Assembly (NCBI GenBank): GCA_963813025.1
Contig: CAWEXO010000013.1
Location: forward strand, 96,001 to 160,000
Direction of reading: 5' to 3'
Length of the DNA: 64,000 bases
DNA from: an uncultured Verrucomicrobiae bacterium
GTDB lineage: Bacteria; Verrucomicrobiota; Verrucomicrobiia; Chthoniobacterales; JAFAMB01
Of this stretch, positions 9,015-19,151 are shown piece after piece. Every line of letters starts with the position of its first letter. Position 1 is the stretch's first letter. The notes under the pieces are model-generated. The model ran no database searches, was not told where the DNA came from, and saw nothing but the letters and a program-made list of their open reading frames with translations. A program made the translations under genes and the position numbers.

Positions 9015-10465
9015 TTAAAGGGTGGGCTTTTCCTTGTGCCACCGGGTCGCTTGTTCGTAAGCCGCGGCGATCTGGAGAATCGTTTCTTCTCCCAGAGCAT
9101 CTCCGAGCAACTGAAGGCCAATCGGGAGCCTGCGCCCTTCTACCTCAACAAAGCCGCAGGGGATGCTGATGCCGCAGATACCGGCCATATTCGCGGCCAG
9201 CGTAAAGATATCGGCCAGATACATGCTTAAGGGATCGCTGGTTTTTTCTCCGAGCCGAAATGCCGCTGTTGGCGAGGTGGGGCAGATAATGGCGTCCACT
9301 CGCGAAAATGCCTTGGTGAAATCGTCCCGGATCAGAGTCCGAACTTTCTGCGCTCGCAGGTAATAGGCATCGTAATAGCCGGAACTCAGCACGTAAGTGC
9401 CGAGGATGACCCGGCGTTTTACTTCTGAGCCAAAACCCTCTTCCCGCGTCTTTCCATAGTGGTCGAGGAGTCCGGAAGTGTTCTCGGCGCGAAAACCGTA
9501 ACGCACACCATCGAAGCGAGCGAGATTCGCCGAAGCCTCGGCCGGAGCAATGATGTAGTAGCGTGCTGAGCGCATATTCGGTGTGAGGCAGTGAAATGTC
9601 GATGACCTCGGCGCCTAGCTCGGTAAATTGATCCACCGCGCCGCACACAGCGCGTTCGACGGCAGGATCAAGCCCAGCAATAAAATACTCCTTCGGAAGC
9701 CCGAGTTTCAGACCTTTAACACCTCGATCGAGGAGGCGAGTGAAATCCGGAGTTTTCTCCGCCAGAGACGTTGAGTCCCTCGGATCGTGGCCGGCGATGG
9801 CGTTGAGCAAGAGGGCGGCGTCACGAACGTCCTTCGTGAGGGGACCGATCTGATCGAGCGAGGAGGCGAAGGCAACCAGTCCATAGCGCGAGACCCGGCC
9901 ATAAGTTGGTTTCAGCCCGACGCATCCGCAAAGCGCCGCCGGTTGGCGTATCGATCCTCCGGTGTCGGACGCCGAGCGCGGCGAAAGCTTCATCAGCGGC
10001 AACGATCGCCGCCGAACCACCGCTGGAACCGCCGGGAGTTCTTTCGAGATCCCAGGGATTATGAGTCGGTCCAAACGCCGAGTTCTCGGTCGAACTGCCC
10101 ATGGCAAACTCGTCCATGTTAGTTCGACCAAACGGAACCGCGCCCGCTTCTCGCAGCCGGGCAATGACGGTTGCGTCGAAGGGAGCGACGTAGTCTTCCA
10201 GGATCCTGGAAGCACAGGTGCAGGGATGACCCGCCACGCTGATCACATCCTTGATCGAGATGGGCACTCCGCCAAGCGGCAAGCTGAGATCGGCTTGCTC
10301 GGCTTCGGCGCGTGCCCGGGCGAGATCGTAGGAAAGATAACCATGGACCTTTGAGTCTACCGCTTCGATACGCTTGCCCAAGGCATCAATAACCTCGAGT
10401 GGAGCAACATCCTTCTTCCGGATCAGACCCCGCAATTCATGGACAGTGAGAGACGTCAGTTCCAC
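9015..10465 (-). CDS. gatA: Asp/Glu-tRNA amidotransferase subunit A, two frameshifts
   Basis: [27 protein letters not shown] and YYLRAQKVR across ORFs 9821..10465, 9145..10215 and 9015..9575. Confidence 0.95.
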
Positions 10466-10468
10466 CCG

Positions 10469-10756
10469 CTACTCCACGACCTTGGTTACAACGAAGAGGT
10501 TCTGCGCCTGCCTCGGCGCATTCGCCAAGGCGACCTCGCGGGGCAAGCTTGCCGTTGGAACATCGGGACGAAAAACGTTGAAGATCGGAAAACTGTGCGC
10601 AGTCGGATCAACCTGGTCGACTTCGATCTGATCCAGACGCGCCACATGTTCCAGAACGTGTTCCAGCTGTTTTTGAAAGGTTTGGACTTCCTCCGCTGAC
10701 AAATGAATCCGGGCGAGGTCGGCAACGTACTGAACTTCGAAATGAGTGGCGCTCAC
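10469..10756 (-). CDS. gatC: Asp/Glu-tRNA amidotransferase subunit C
   Basis: VQYVADLARI...PTAH...NVFRPD...LANAP...FVVTKVVE, directly upstream of gatA. GTG start inferred. Confidence 0.92.
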   Translation of the reverse strand: MSATHFEVQYVADLARIHLSAEEVQTFQKQLEHVLEHVARLDQIEVDQVDPTAHSFPIFNVFRPDVPTASLPREVALANAPRQAQNLFVVTKVVE

Positions 10757-10793
10757 CGAGAACAAATGACAGCTGAGTGGATAACAGTCAATA

Positions 10794-10923
10794 GGAGCGG
10801 CGGGAGCGGTGTCAGCGGTGGGAGTAGCTGGGCAGCTTTCCGCTTTCCAACTCCTCAGCTCTGAACTGCTAAACTGTTCAACTACTCCCACCGCTGACAC
10901 CGCTCCCGCCGCTCCCGCCGCTC
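10794..10923. repeat. Long inverted-repeat element (REPIN/MITE-like), copy 1
   Basis: Arms ggagcggcgggagcggtgtcagcggtgggagtag / ctactcccaccgctgacaccgctcccgccgctcc. A second copy lies at 11961-12075. Confidence 0.85.
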
Positions 10924-10968
10924 AAATGACTTGAACCTGTTACCTCCTTAATTGACAATGGGCTCGTC

Positions 10969-11577
10969 ATGTCAGACAGAGAGCCGTTCCTCGATCTGCC
11001 TGAGGGGCAATCGCCATCGCCGGATGAACTGGATACTCAGGTTCAGCGCGCGCAAGAACAATTAATCCAGCTGCGACGGCAGCAGGACACCATTGAAAAA
11101 CAAAAGCGCGAATTGGAAGAGCTCAGCCGTAAGCAGGACGAGCTGGAGCGCGGACGGGCGGAGATGATCGAGAAGCTAAGTCGATCGCAGGTAGTGATAG
11201 AACGCGAGACCTACGAAGCAGAGAAGAGAGTCGAACAACTACGGTCCACCCATTCCAGTTTTGCTCAGCACCTCGATTCGCTGGAAAAGATAAATCCGAA
11301 GGGCTGGGCGAGCAGCGATCTCCATAAAGAGCTCAGCAAAGCCCTGAGTTCGGTCGACGACGCTCGCGCAGAATTCACAAAATCCTTGACGAAAATCAAC
11401 GCCCGTTCCGAAGAAGAAGTCATTGATCCAGTTGACTCGACCAATTTCAACGAATCGTTTGCGCATGCCGATGGGGGTTTTGGCGTCTGGCTGAAACGCG
11501 GCTTTGCCTTTACCCTGCCGCTCCTGATTTTCGGGATTATTGTCCTTCTCCTGTTTTTCTTCGTTCATCCGGTATAG
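10969..11577 (+). CDS. Coiled-coil protein with single C-terminal membrane anchor
   Basis: E/Q/K/R-rich heptads and C-terminal FAFTLPLLIFGIIVLLLFFF. Confidence 0.8.
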   Translation: MSDREPFLDLPEGQSPSPDELDTQVQRAQEQLIQLRRQQDTIEKQKRELEELSRKQDELERGRAEMIEKLSRSQVVIERETYEAEKRVEQLRSTHSSFAQHLDSLEKINPKGWASSDLHKELSKALSSVDDARAEFTKSLTKINARSEEEVIDPVDSTNFNESFAHADGGFGVWLKRGFAFTLPLLIFGIIVLLLFFFVHPV

Positions 11578-11583
11578 CTGGAT

Positions 11584-11961
11584 ATGCCGCCAAGACGCTT
11601 CAGTGGCTCGCCGATTTCGGCACGCAAGGAAGCGCTTTCGAAAGAAGAGGAAGAGATCCGGCGAAAGATGAGAGATCTCGAACGCCTTATCGCTGAAGCG
11701 CCTAAATTAGCTGAGGCTGAACTGGAACGCCAGAAACAGGAGCGAGTGGCCCGGGCATCGACGCGCCGCAGCGCTTTCGATGCGCCGGACGTGCTGCAGG
11801 ACTCCCGGCACGAGGATGATCTGTTCACGGATCGGCCCAGCAGACCGCGCCGGGCACAGCGCCGGGCGGCCCGTACCCGACTGCTCGTGATGTCTGTTGC
11901 CGTGTTGCTCGCAACGGCAGTGGTGCTCTTCCTGGCGCTCCAACTCATCCAGCATTTGTAG
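11584..11961 (+). CDS. Small coiled-coil protein with C-terminal membrane anchor
   Basis: Charged N-terminus and C-terminal LLVMSVAVLLATAVVLFLAL. Starts 6 bp after the preceding gene. Confidence 0.7.
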   Translation: MPPRRFSGSPISARKEALSKEEEEIRRKMRDLERLIAEAPKLAEAELERQKQERVARASTRRSAFDAPDVLQDSRHEDDLFTDRPSRPRRAQRRAARTRLLVMSVAVLLATAVVLFLALQLIQHL

Positions 11962-12075
11962 AAGCGGCGGGAGGTAGCTGGGCAGCTTTCCGCTTTCCAG
12001 CTCCTCAGCTCTGAACTGCTAAACTGTTCAACTACCTCCCGCCGCTGAAACCGCTCCCGCCGCTCCCGCCGCTTC
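11961..12075. repeat. Long inverted-repeat element, copy 2
   Basis: Same loop as 10794-10923 with compensated stem changes. Confidence 0.85.
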
Positions 12076-12083
12076 TGAAACCT

Positions 12084-13253
12084 CTATCTTCCGGAGATCG
12101 CTTGGACGATGAAACCTTTCAGGTACTCGGTCTCAGGCAAATGCGGAAGAATCGGATGATCGAAGGACTGCGACAGCAAGCGGATCAAACGAACATAACG
12201 CTTGGCGTCGACGCTCGCATCGACAATCATTTCCAGGAACATCTCCCGGGACACGTGATGCGAGCAGGAAAAGGTTGCAAGCAGACCGTGCGGTCGCAGC
12301 AGTTGGAGCGCGCGCAGATGGATCTCTTTGTATCCGCGCCAGGCGCCGGACAGGGTGTCCTTGGATCGGGTGAAAGAAGGCGGATCCAGGATAATGAGAC
12401 CGAACCGTTGCTCGCTCTTTGCCAGCTCAGCCAGGTAATCAAAGGCGTTGGCCTCAATGACAGCGACATCCAGCCCGTTTCGCCGTCCATTGGTGCGGAT
12501 GGATTCCGTCAATGGCGCACTGATCTCAACCGCGGTAACGGACGTCGCTCTTGCTCGCGCGCAGAACAGAGCGAATGCCCCCTGGTTTGCGAAGCAGTCG
12601 AGTACGTCCCGATCGCGACTGAGCTGGGCGACGATCCCGTAATTCTCGACCTGGTCGAGATAAAAGCCGGTCTTTTGCCCCTTTAGCAGATCGAGCAGGA
12701 AGGAAACCTCGTCGATCGCGATCGATATTTCACCGGGAGCCTGCCCCGCCAGAACGCCGGTGACTAACTCCAGACCTTCCGCGCGTCGGACGAAGACATC
12801 GTTACGCTCGATAATCGAGTCGGGAGCGAGCGTTTGCTGAATCGCTTGGGTAATGAGGGCTTTGCGACGGTCCATCGCTAGCGTCAATGTTTGGAGGACG
12901 ACATGCGGACCATAGCGGTCGATGATCACGCCGGGAAGCCCGTCGCTTTCACTCCAGACTACACGACAGGCATCCCGAAAAACCGAGAATTCTTCGCGCA
13001 ATTTCATCGCCTGCTCAATCCGCCGCACGAAGAAATCGACGGTCAAATCCTGGCGCTGGCGCGAAAAACGCCGGGCCACAATCTGTGACTTCGGGTTGTA
13101 AATCGCCGAGCCTAACAATCGGTCACGGCTGTCTTTCAACGACACCACATCTCCGGGCTGAGGTTCTCCGAACGTTTTCAGGATCTCGCCGGAGTAAATC
13201 CAATCGTGCCCATGAAACAGCCTGGCCCGCGGCCGGATCACGAGCCCTGCCAT
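12084..13253 (-). CDS. RlmI-like class I SAM-dependent rRNA methyltransferase
   Basis: PUA-like N-terminus, ESDGLPG, GQKTGFYLDQ, LDPPSF, FSCS and PETEYLK. Confidence 0.9.
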   Translation of the reverse strand: MAGLVIRPRARLFHGHDWIYSGEILKTFGEPQPGDVVSLKDSRDRLLGSAIYNPKSQIVARRFSRQRQDLTVDFFVRRIEQAMKLREEFSVFRDACRVVWSESDGLPGVIIDRYGPHVVLQTLTLAMDRRKALITQAIQQTLAPDSIIERNDVFVRRAEGLELVTGVLAGQAPGEISIAIDEVSFLLDLLKGQKTGFYLDQVENYGIVAQLSRDRDVLDCFANQGAFALFCARARATSVTAVEISAPLTESIRTNGRRNGLDVAVIEANAFDYLAELAKSEQRFGLIILDPPSFTRSKDTLSGAWRGYKEIHLRALQLLRPHGLLATFSCSHHVSREMFLEMIVDASVDAKRYVRLIRLLSQSFDHPILPHLPETEYLKGFIVQAISGR

Positions 13254-13311
13254 CGGTGGACTCCTGAAGGTCTTGGTGCATTGCTATCGCGCGACCAATC
13301 CGGGCATGGAC

Positions 13312-13479
13312 GTCGTGGAGTGCGTGCGACTTGTCGCCGCTTTGAGACCGCGCATAGCGCGGCCCTCAACAAAGCGGGTCTCTTCGCGGGGGAACTCGGC
13401 ACTTCGTGGTTCCGTCGTCGGTCTATAACGCGCTCTGCACGGATCCTAAAACGGCGACAAGTCGCACGCACTCCACGAC
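13312..13479. repeat. REP doublet with ~30-bp arms
   Basis: gtcgtggagtgcgtgcgacttgtcgccgcttt ... aaaacggcgacaagtcgcacgcactccacgac. Confidence 0.88.
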
Positions 13480-13520
13480 ACGCAGCTGATCGGGTGAGAT
13501 CTGGATGCTGATACTCCCGC

Positions 13521-14720
13521 TCAAGAAAAAAGAAATTCGTCTGCTGGCTCGGGGTGCCGCGAGAATGGAGCAGGGACATCCTGTTCAGGATACTCAAAAA
13601 TCTTGCCCTCGTAATTTCGAATCACGATTTTCTCGTGATCATGATAGAGGACGTAGCCTGGATTGATCGGTACTTTTCCGCCGCCGCCCGGGGCATCGAT
13701 GACGAATTGCGGGACGGCGTAGCCGGTGGTATGGCCACGCAGCGACTCGATGATTTCTAATCCTTTCGCGACCGAGGTGCGCAGGTGCGCTGAGCCGTGG
13801 ATCAAGTCGCACTGATAGATGTAGTACGGCCGCACCCGGCAGATGAGTAGCTTCTGCACCAACGTCTTCATGACCGCCGGATCGTCATTCACGCCTTTCA
13901 GAAGAACGCTCTGGTTTCCGAGCGGTATGCCGTGATTGGCCAGTCGTTCAGAGCGCCTCGCGAACTTCCGAGGTCAGTTCGCGCGGATGGTTCACATGCA
14001 CGCTCATCCAGAGCGGATGAAACCGTTGCAGCATCCGGCACAGTTCCGGCGTGATCCGTTGAGGCAGAAAAATCGGCACGCGGGTGCCGATCCGAAGAAA
14101 CTCGATATGTTCGATCGAGCGCAGCCGCTCAAGGATAGCGCGGAGCTTGTCGTCGGAGAAAAGCAGAGCGTCGCCGCCGGAAAGGAGGACGTCGCGCACC
14201 TCGCGTGTGGGTCTCCAGATAGCGATACGCTTCTTCGAAATCGGTGTGCAGTTCCTGCTCGCCGGCACCGCTCACCACGCGGCTGCGGGTACAGTAACGG
14301 CAATAGGAAGCGCATCGGTCGGTCACCAGAAAAAGTACGCGGTCAGGATAGCGATGCACGAGCCCGGGTACCGGCATGTGCGAGTCTTCACCGCACGGGA
14401 TCAGCCATCTCGCCAGGGGAATGAACGGCCTCGCCCGCAAGCGGGATGACTTGGCGGCGGATCGGGCAATTAGGGTCGTGCGGATCGATGAGGTTAAAAA
14501 AATGGGGCGTAATGGCCAGGGCCAGTTTGTGGCCTGAGAGCAGCACACCGGCGCGTTCTTCGCGAGACAAGACGAGCTTTTGCTCGAGTTGCGCGAGATT
14601 GGTGACGCGGTTTTTGAGTTGCCACTTCCAATCGTTCCAGAGAGCGGATTCGACCTCGGGCCAGAAGCCTGGGGCGTGAGAGATAAACCGTTTTTGATCA
14701 GTATCAGCAAAGCTTTGCAT
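13521..14720 (-). CDS. kamA: KamA-family radical SAM protein (lysine 2,3-aminomutase-like), frameshifted
   Basis: [29 protein letters not shown] and [10 protein letters not shown] across frames. Confidence 0.88.
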
Positions 14721-14894
14721 GTCAAGTTGACCAGTTGGTTAAATTAAAGGGCGCTCTTTGATTGTCAATGGAACCTCAAATATCGCTTTCTTCCATGGGC
14801 AAGGTGTTGAACTGTCTGCGATCGAATGGCGGTCAAGGTTGTGGCGGCCGATTAGCTGCCAGATCCACCGGTTAGACGAAATTTTTTTCGTTTT

Positions 14895-16334
14895 ATGAGA
14901 TTTTTCTTGAGGGGTCTGGCTCTGCTGAGTGGATGCGCACTCAGTTTTTTCTTTCCGATTGATCATCTGGTTGCCCAGGCTCCGTCTCCGAACACGTTTA
15001 AAGACTTGGTTCATCAGCTGAATCAGGCTTACGAAGATGTCTACGACCGCGTTGCTCCCGCGGTCGTAGTTATCGACGTCACGAAGGCCGAGACGCCAGA
15101 AAACGGCAATAACCCATTGGACGGGTTTGATTTTTTCTTCCACGGCGGGCCGCCGGGCGATGAGGGCGATCAACCGGACCAGAGCGAAGGCTCAGGATTT
15201 TTTGTGCGGCCCGACGGTTATGTTTTGACCAATACTCACGTGATCGACGGGGCGGACAAGATCCAGGTCAAACTCAAAGATGGACGCTCTTTTCCAGCCA
15301 AACTTGTCGGGGCCGACGATCGGACCGATGTGGCGGTGCTCAAAATCGAGGCAACCGGGGTTCCCTCTGTACAGTTGGCTGACAGCGACGAGGTGCGGGT
15401 CGGTCAGATCGTCTGCGCGATCGGCGCACCTTACAAGTTTGAGTACTCTTTTACGGCCGGCGTGGTCAGCGCAAAAGGCCGCAATGAATTGCTCGCCGAT
15501 AAATACGAGGATTACATCCAGACCGATGCGGCGATTAATCCCGGTAACAGCGGTGGTCCGCTCTGCGACATCGACGGCAAGGTCATCGGGATGAATACTT
15601 TGATTCACGGCTTGAATCGGGGGCTGGGTTTCGCGATTTCGAGTAATCTCGCACGCCAGATCAGCGACCAGTTGATTGCGTCCGGCAAAATCACGCGACC
15701 CTGGCTTGGTATTATCATCGAGTCGGTCAATCCCGAGAATCGGGCAAACATTTTCAAGGGTATGGGGCGCGGGGTGGTTGTGCGAACCATCCAGGCAGAT
15801 ACTCCCGCCGCGCGGAGCGATCTGCGCCCCGCCGACGTGATTACTGAAGTCGACGGGATCCCTGTGAGCTCCGCCCGCGAACTGCAGCGGGAGGTTCTCA
15901 AGAAAAAAATTGGTGATCAGGTGAATCTCGGGATCTGGCGGAATGGAAAAAAAATCAATGTGCTGGTAAAAACCGAGGAGCTGCCCAGCGAAGATCGACG
16001 ACTGGCAACCGGGGCGACACCTCCGGCCACCCCGGGAAATACTTCAGGCAATACTTACGGGTTGCGGGTCCAGGAAGTAACTCCGGCTATTAAGCACGAG
16101 TTCGGGCTGAAATCAGACACTGGTATAGTGGTTGTCGGAGTCGCCCCGAACAGCCCGGCCGCTGCCGCGGATATTCAACCAGGTGATCTGATCACCGAGG
16201 TGGGCCGAACGCCCGTTGGTAGTCTGGCGCAGTTCGAGCAAGCCTTGTCCGGCCAAATCGGAAAGCCTACCTTGCTCCTTTTGCTTGATCGCAAAGGCGT
16301 TAAAACCTATTCGATCGTGAAGTCCGCGAAGTAG
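14895..16334 (+). CDS. DegP/HtrA (Do) family serine protease with two PDZ domains
   Basis: GSGF, TNTHV and IQTDAAINPGNSGGPL motifs, plus a signal peptide. Confidence 0.93.
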   Translation: MRFFLRGLALLSGCALSFFFPIDHLVAQAPSPNTFKDLVHQLNQAYEDVYDRVAPAVVVIDVTKAETPENGNNPLDGFDFFFHGGPPGDEGDQPDQSEGSGFFVRPDGYVLTNTHVIDGADKIQVKLKDGRSFPAKLVGADDRTDVAVLKIEATGVPSVQLADSDEVRVGQIVCAIGAPYKFEYSFTAGVVSAKGRNELLADKYEDYIQTDAAINPGNSGGPLCDIDGKVIGMNTLIHGLNRGLGFAISSNLARQISDQLIASGKITRPWLGIIIESVNPENRANIFKGMGRGVVVRTIQADTPAARSDLRPADVITEVDGIPVSSARELQREVLKKKIGDQVNLGIWRNGKKINVLVKTEELPSEDRRLATGATPPATPGNTSGNTYGLRVQEVTPAIKHEFGLKSDTGIVVVGVAPNSPAAAADIQPGDLITEVGRTPVGSLAQFEQALSGQIGKPTLLLLLDRKGVKTYSIVKSAK

Positions 16335-16401
16335 AAAGTCCGGTCTTGCCGGAGCGCCCGTCCTCACTTTCAATCTTGCGTGGCTGAGATCGACCGCGCG
16401 C

Positions 16402-17046
16402 ATGACAAAGTCCAGGAGAAGAATCAATGAGATCGGGCGTTCCCAGCAGCTGCGCGTTGTCGAGGCTCTAAAAAAAAGCCAGGGACTTTCGGTCACCGAA
16501 CTCCAAACGCGGCTCGGACTCAGTTATATGGGCACAAAGCAGCACTGCGCAGCTTTGGAGCGCCAAGGGCTGGTCGATACTTGGAGGCGCCCAAAACCGA
16601 TCGGTCGTCCGGAGATGATTTATCGACTTACGAAGAAGGCGCAGAGCTTATTTCCACAATCCAGCAACGACGCGACGATCGAGCTCCTGCGGGCGGCCAA
16701 GCGGCTATACGGACCAGCTGCTCCCGAAAAGCTTCTGTACTCGTTATTTGCTGCCAAGGCGGATGTTTACCGCAAGTTGCTATCGCAGAATGGCCTGCCT
16801 GAGAGGATGAAGGCTTTGGTGCGCCAGCGCGAAACGGAAGGATATCTCTGCGATTTTTTGGAAGAGCCGGATTTGGCAATCGTCCAATTTCATTCTCCGT
16901 TGTTTGACTTAATCGAGGCGTTTCCCCTGGTGCGGCGACTGGAGCATGAACTGCTGGAAAAAGCGTTGGGGGTATCCCTCAACCGCGAGGAACAGACGGC
17001 TTCGGGACTTTATCGCTGCCAATTTTCGGTGATTGTCGGGACGTAG
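16402..17046 (+). CDS. Winged-HTH transcriptional regulator (SufR/ArsR-like)
   Basis: HTH region followed by GRPEMIYRLT..A...FP. Confidence 0.82.
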   Translation: MTKSRRRINEIGRSQQLRVVEALKKSQGLSVTELQTRLGLSYMGTKQHCAALERQGLVDTWRRPKPIGRPEMIYRLTKKAQSLFPQSSNDATIELLRAAKRLYGPAAPEKLLYSLFAAKADVYRKLLSQNGLPERMKALVRQRETEGYLCDFLEEPDLAIVQFHSPLFDLIEAFPLVRRLEHELLEKALGVSLNREEQTASGLYRCQFSVIVGT

Positions 17047-17086
17047 CTTCGCCGAAGGCTCCTCCTTCGCTAAAGCTTCGGCGGAC
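17043..17086. repeat. REP-like element (cgccgaag..cttcgctaaagcttcggcgg)
   Basis: cgccgaag/cttcggcg inverted arms. Confidence 0.6.
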
Positions 17087-17124
17087 GCGTCAGATGAATG
17101 CATTGTCCTGCAACACCCGAGGTC

Positions 17125-17225
17125 GGTAGGCGCAAGCTGCAGGGCAAGCTCCTGCTTGACCAATTTGATCACGAGATGACTTGCTCAAATGGTCAAGCGG
17201 GAGCTTGCCCGGGATTGCCCCTACC
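17125..17225. repeat. GGTAGG...CCTACC-type REP doublet
   Basis: gggcaagctcctgcttgacca / tggtcaagcgggagcttgccc arms bounded by ggtagg and cctacc. Confidence 0.8.
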
Positions 17226-17351
17226 GGCCTTGGGTATTGCGAGACAACCTCTAAATTCTCGCCCTACGGGCAAGCGGCGTTTGTCAAGCAAGGACAAACG
17301 CCATTTTTCAGGTTGCCAACCCCGATGGAAAGGGTATTTTCCCGGCTCCTT

Positions 17352-17561
17352 ATGCCAAAGTCGATTGCCAGACGCAAAACCAAGAAGGCCGTTGCCAAAC
17401 GTTTCAAGGTAACCGGTACCGGCAAAATCTTGCGCAGCCAGTCGACCCGCCGGCATCTCTTGGCTTCCAAGAGCGCAAAGCGCAAACGCCAACTTGCGAA
17501 GGCTGCCCTGGTCGACAGAACCGACGAGGCTAGAGTGAAAGATAATCTGCCATTCGGCTAA
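17352..17561 (+). CDS. rpmI: 50S ribosomal protein L35
   Basis: KTKKAVAKRFKVTGTGK, RRHLL..KSAKRKR. Confidence 0.95.
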   Translation: MPKSIARRKTKKAVAKRFKVTGTGKILRSQSTRRHLLASKSAKRKRQLAKAALVDRTDEARVKDNLPFG

Positions 17562-17687
17562 GCCGGGTGCGGTACCGGTTTTCCACCTGTCCTGGTTTTG
17601 CCGGGATCACGGGATGAGCGAGGTCGGAAAACTGAACTCAAACAACGGCTCTCCCAAGGAGGACCTGCCTGAGGCAGGACATGATCC

Positions 17688-18059
17688 ATGCCAAGAGCGA
17701 CGAATGCTCGCGCCAGTCGAGAACGGCGCAAAAGAATTCTCGAAAAAGCCAGAGGTTATCGGGGTCGCCGGTCAAAGCTTTTCCGTTACGCCAAGGACGC
17801 CACGATGAAGGCCCAGTATTGGGCATATCGTGATCGCAAGACCCGGAAAAGAACGTTTCGCAACCTCTGGGTACAGCGGATCAACGCTGCGTGCCGTCAC
17901 TTAGGTACGACCTACAGCCGGTTTATCGAAGGGCTGGCCGCCGCCGGCATTCAGATCGATCGAAAGATCCTGGCGGATTTAGCCGTGCAAGACGAGGCGG
18001 CCTTCAAGGCTATCGCCGAGCAGGCGCTAGCTGCTCGAGAAAAGAAAAAAGCAGCCTAG
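17688..18059 (+). CDS. rplT: 50S ribosomal protein L20
   Basis: AYRDRK, FRNLWVQRINAA and IDRKILADLAV. Confidence 0.96.
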   Translation: MPRATNARASRERRKRILEKARGYRGRRSKLFRYAKDATMKAQYWAYRDRKTRKRTFRNLWVQRINAACRHLGTTYSRFIEGLAAAGIQIDRKILADLAVQDEAAFKAIAEQALAAREKKKAA

Positions 18060-18134
18060 AATTGTGTCCGCGAGGTGAGACGCACGGCCTGGTGCGTCTG
18101 CTTCCGGAAGCAGACGAGTACGTTTGCGTCACGA

Positions 18135-19151
18135 ATGGAACAGAAGCTTGCGCAACTGAGGACAGAGGGGCTGGCAGAGATTCTTCGCGCCCAGACTGCG
18201 GCAGCTCTCGACCTCGCCCGAGTAAAGTATCTGGGGCGATCCGGCGAGGTTTCCCAGATTGGGGAAAGCATGCGTAATGTCGCCAAAGAGGAACGGCCGA
18301 TTCTAGGAAAACTGCTGAATGAGGTGAGAGCCACCCTGAACGCAGCAGTCGAGCGAAAAAGCGCCGAATTCGAAGCCGAACGGGATGTGAAGGATCTCGC
18401 TTCCATCGACGAGAGCTTGCCAGGGAAGCCAATGACCGTTGGCGCTCTGCATCCGCTCACGATCCTGCAGGAGAGGTCCATCGAGGTTTTGCGCCGGCTC
18501 GGGTTTGCCCTGGCCGACGGACCGGATATTGAGACGGAATGGAACTGTTTCGATGCTCTGAATACCCCCCCGAACCATCCCGCGCGAAACGAATCTGACA
18601 CTTTCTATTTGCCCGATGGACGCTTGCTGCGCAGCCATACCTCGACGGTGCAGATTCGGACCATGCTCGCGGCCAAACCTCCGATCCGGGTGATCGGGCC
18701 CGGAGCGGCTTATCGACGGGACGAAGTTGACGCGACTCACCTCAGTCAGTTCAATCAGCTGGAAGGGTTGTACGTCGATCAAACGGTGAGTGTGGTCGAC
18801 CTCAAAGGTACGTTGGAATATTTTGTGCACGAGCTGCTAGGGGAACAGGCGGAAACTCGCATGCGGCCGCACTTTTTTCCTTTCACCGAGCCCAGCTTCG
18901 AAATGGATGTGCGGATACCGGGAGTCAATGCGGGTCAATGGATGGAACTGCTGGGATGTGGCATGGTCCATCCAGCAGTATTTGAGCAGGTTAACGGCAA
19001 ACGGGGCGATTCGGCCTATGCTCCAGAGAGCTGGACCGGCTTCGCCTTTGGTATGGGACTGGATCGGCTTGCGATGACCTTGTTTGAGCTTCCGGACATT
19101 CGTCTTCTGGTGGAAAACGATGAGCGTTTTCTCGCGCAGTTCGCCTCATGA
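18135..19151 (+). CDS. pheS: Phenylalanine--tRNA ligase alpha subunit
   Basis: HPAR..DTFY, RSHTSTVQ, FPFTEPS and GFAFGMGLDR. Confidence 0.96.
   Translation: MEQKLAQLRTEGLAEILRAQTAAALDLARVKYLGRSGEVSQIGESMRNVAKEERPILGKLLNEVRATLNAAVERKSAEFEAERDVKDLASIDESLPGKPMTVGALHPLTILQERSIEVLRRLGFALADGPDIETEWNCFDALNTPPNHPARNESDTFYLPDGRLLRSHTSTVQIRTMLAAKPPIRVIGPGAAYRRDEVDATHLSQFNQLEGLYVDQTVSVVDLKGTLEYFVHELLGEQAETRMRPHFFPFTEPSFEMDVRIPGVNAGQWMELLGCGMVHPAVFEQVNGKRGDSAYAPESWTGFAFGMGLDRLAMTLFELPDIRLLVENDERFLAQFAS

Noticed and set aside
9540..9990. Programmed frameshifting or pseudogenisation of gatA
   Set aside because: The gene is essential, no slippery motif is evident, and similar indels occur in many unrelated genes, so this is an assembly error.
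10794..12075. CRISPR-like repeat-spacer structure or composite transposon
   Set aside because: There are only two copies about 1 kb apart, with no cas genes, no transposase and no target duplication.
13238..13597. ORFs 13206..13511 and 13238..13597 with repeated RGVRATCRRF
   Set aside because: These are translations of the palindromic REP arms.
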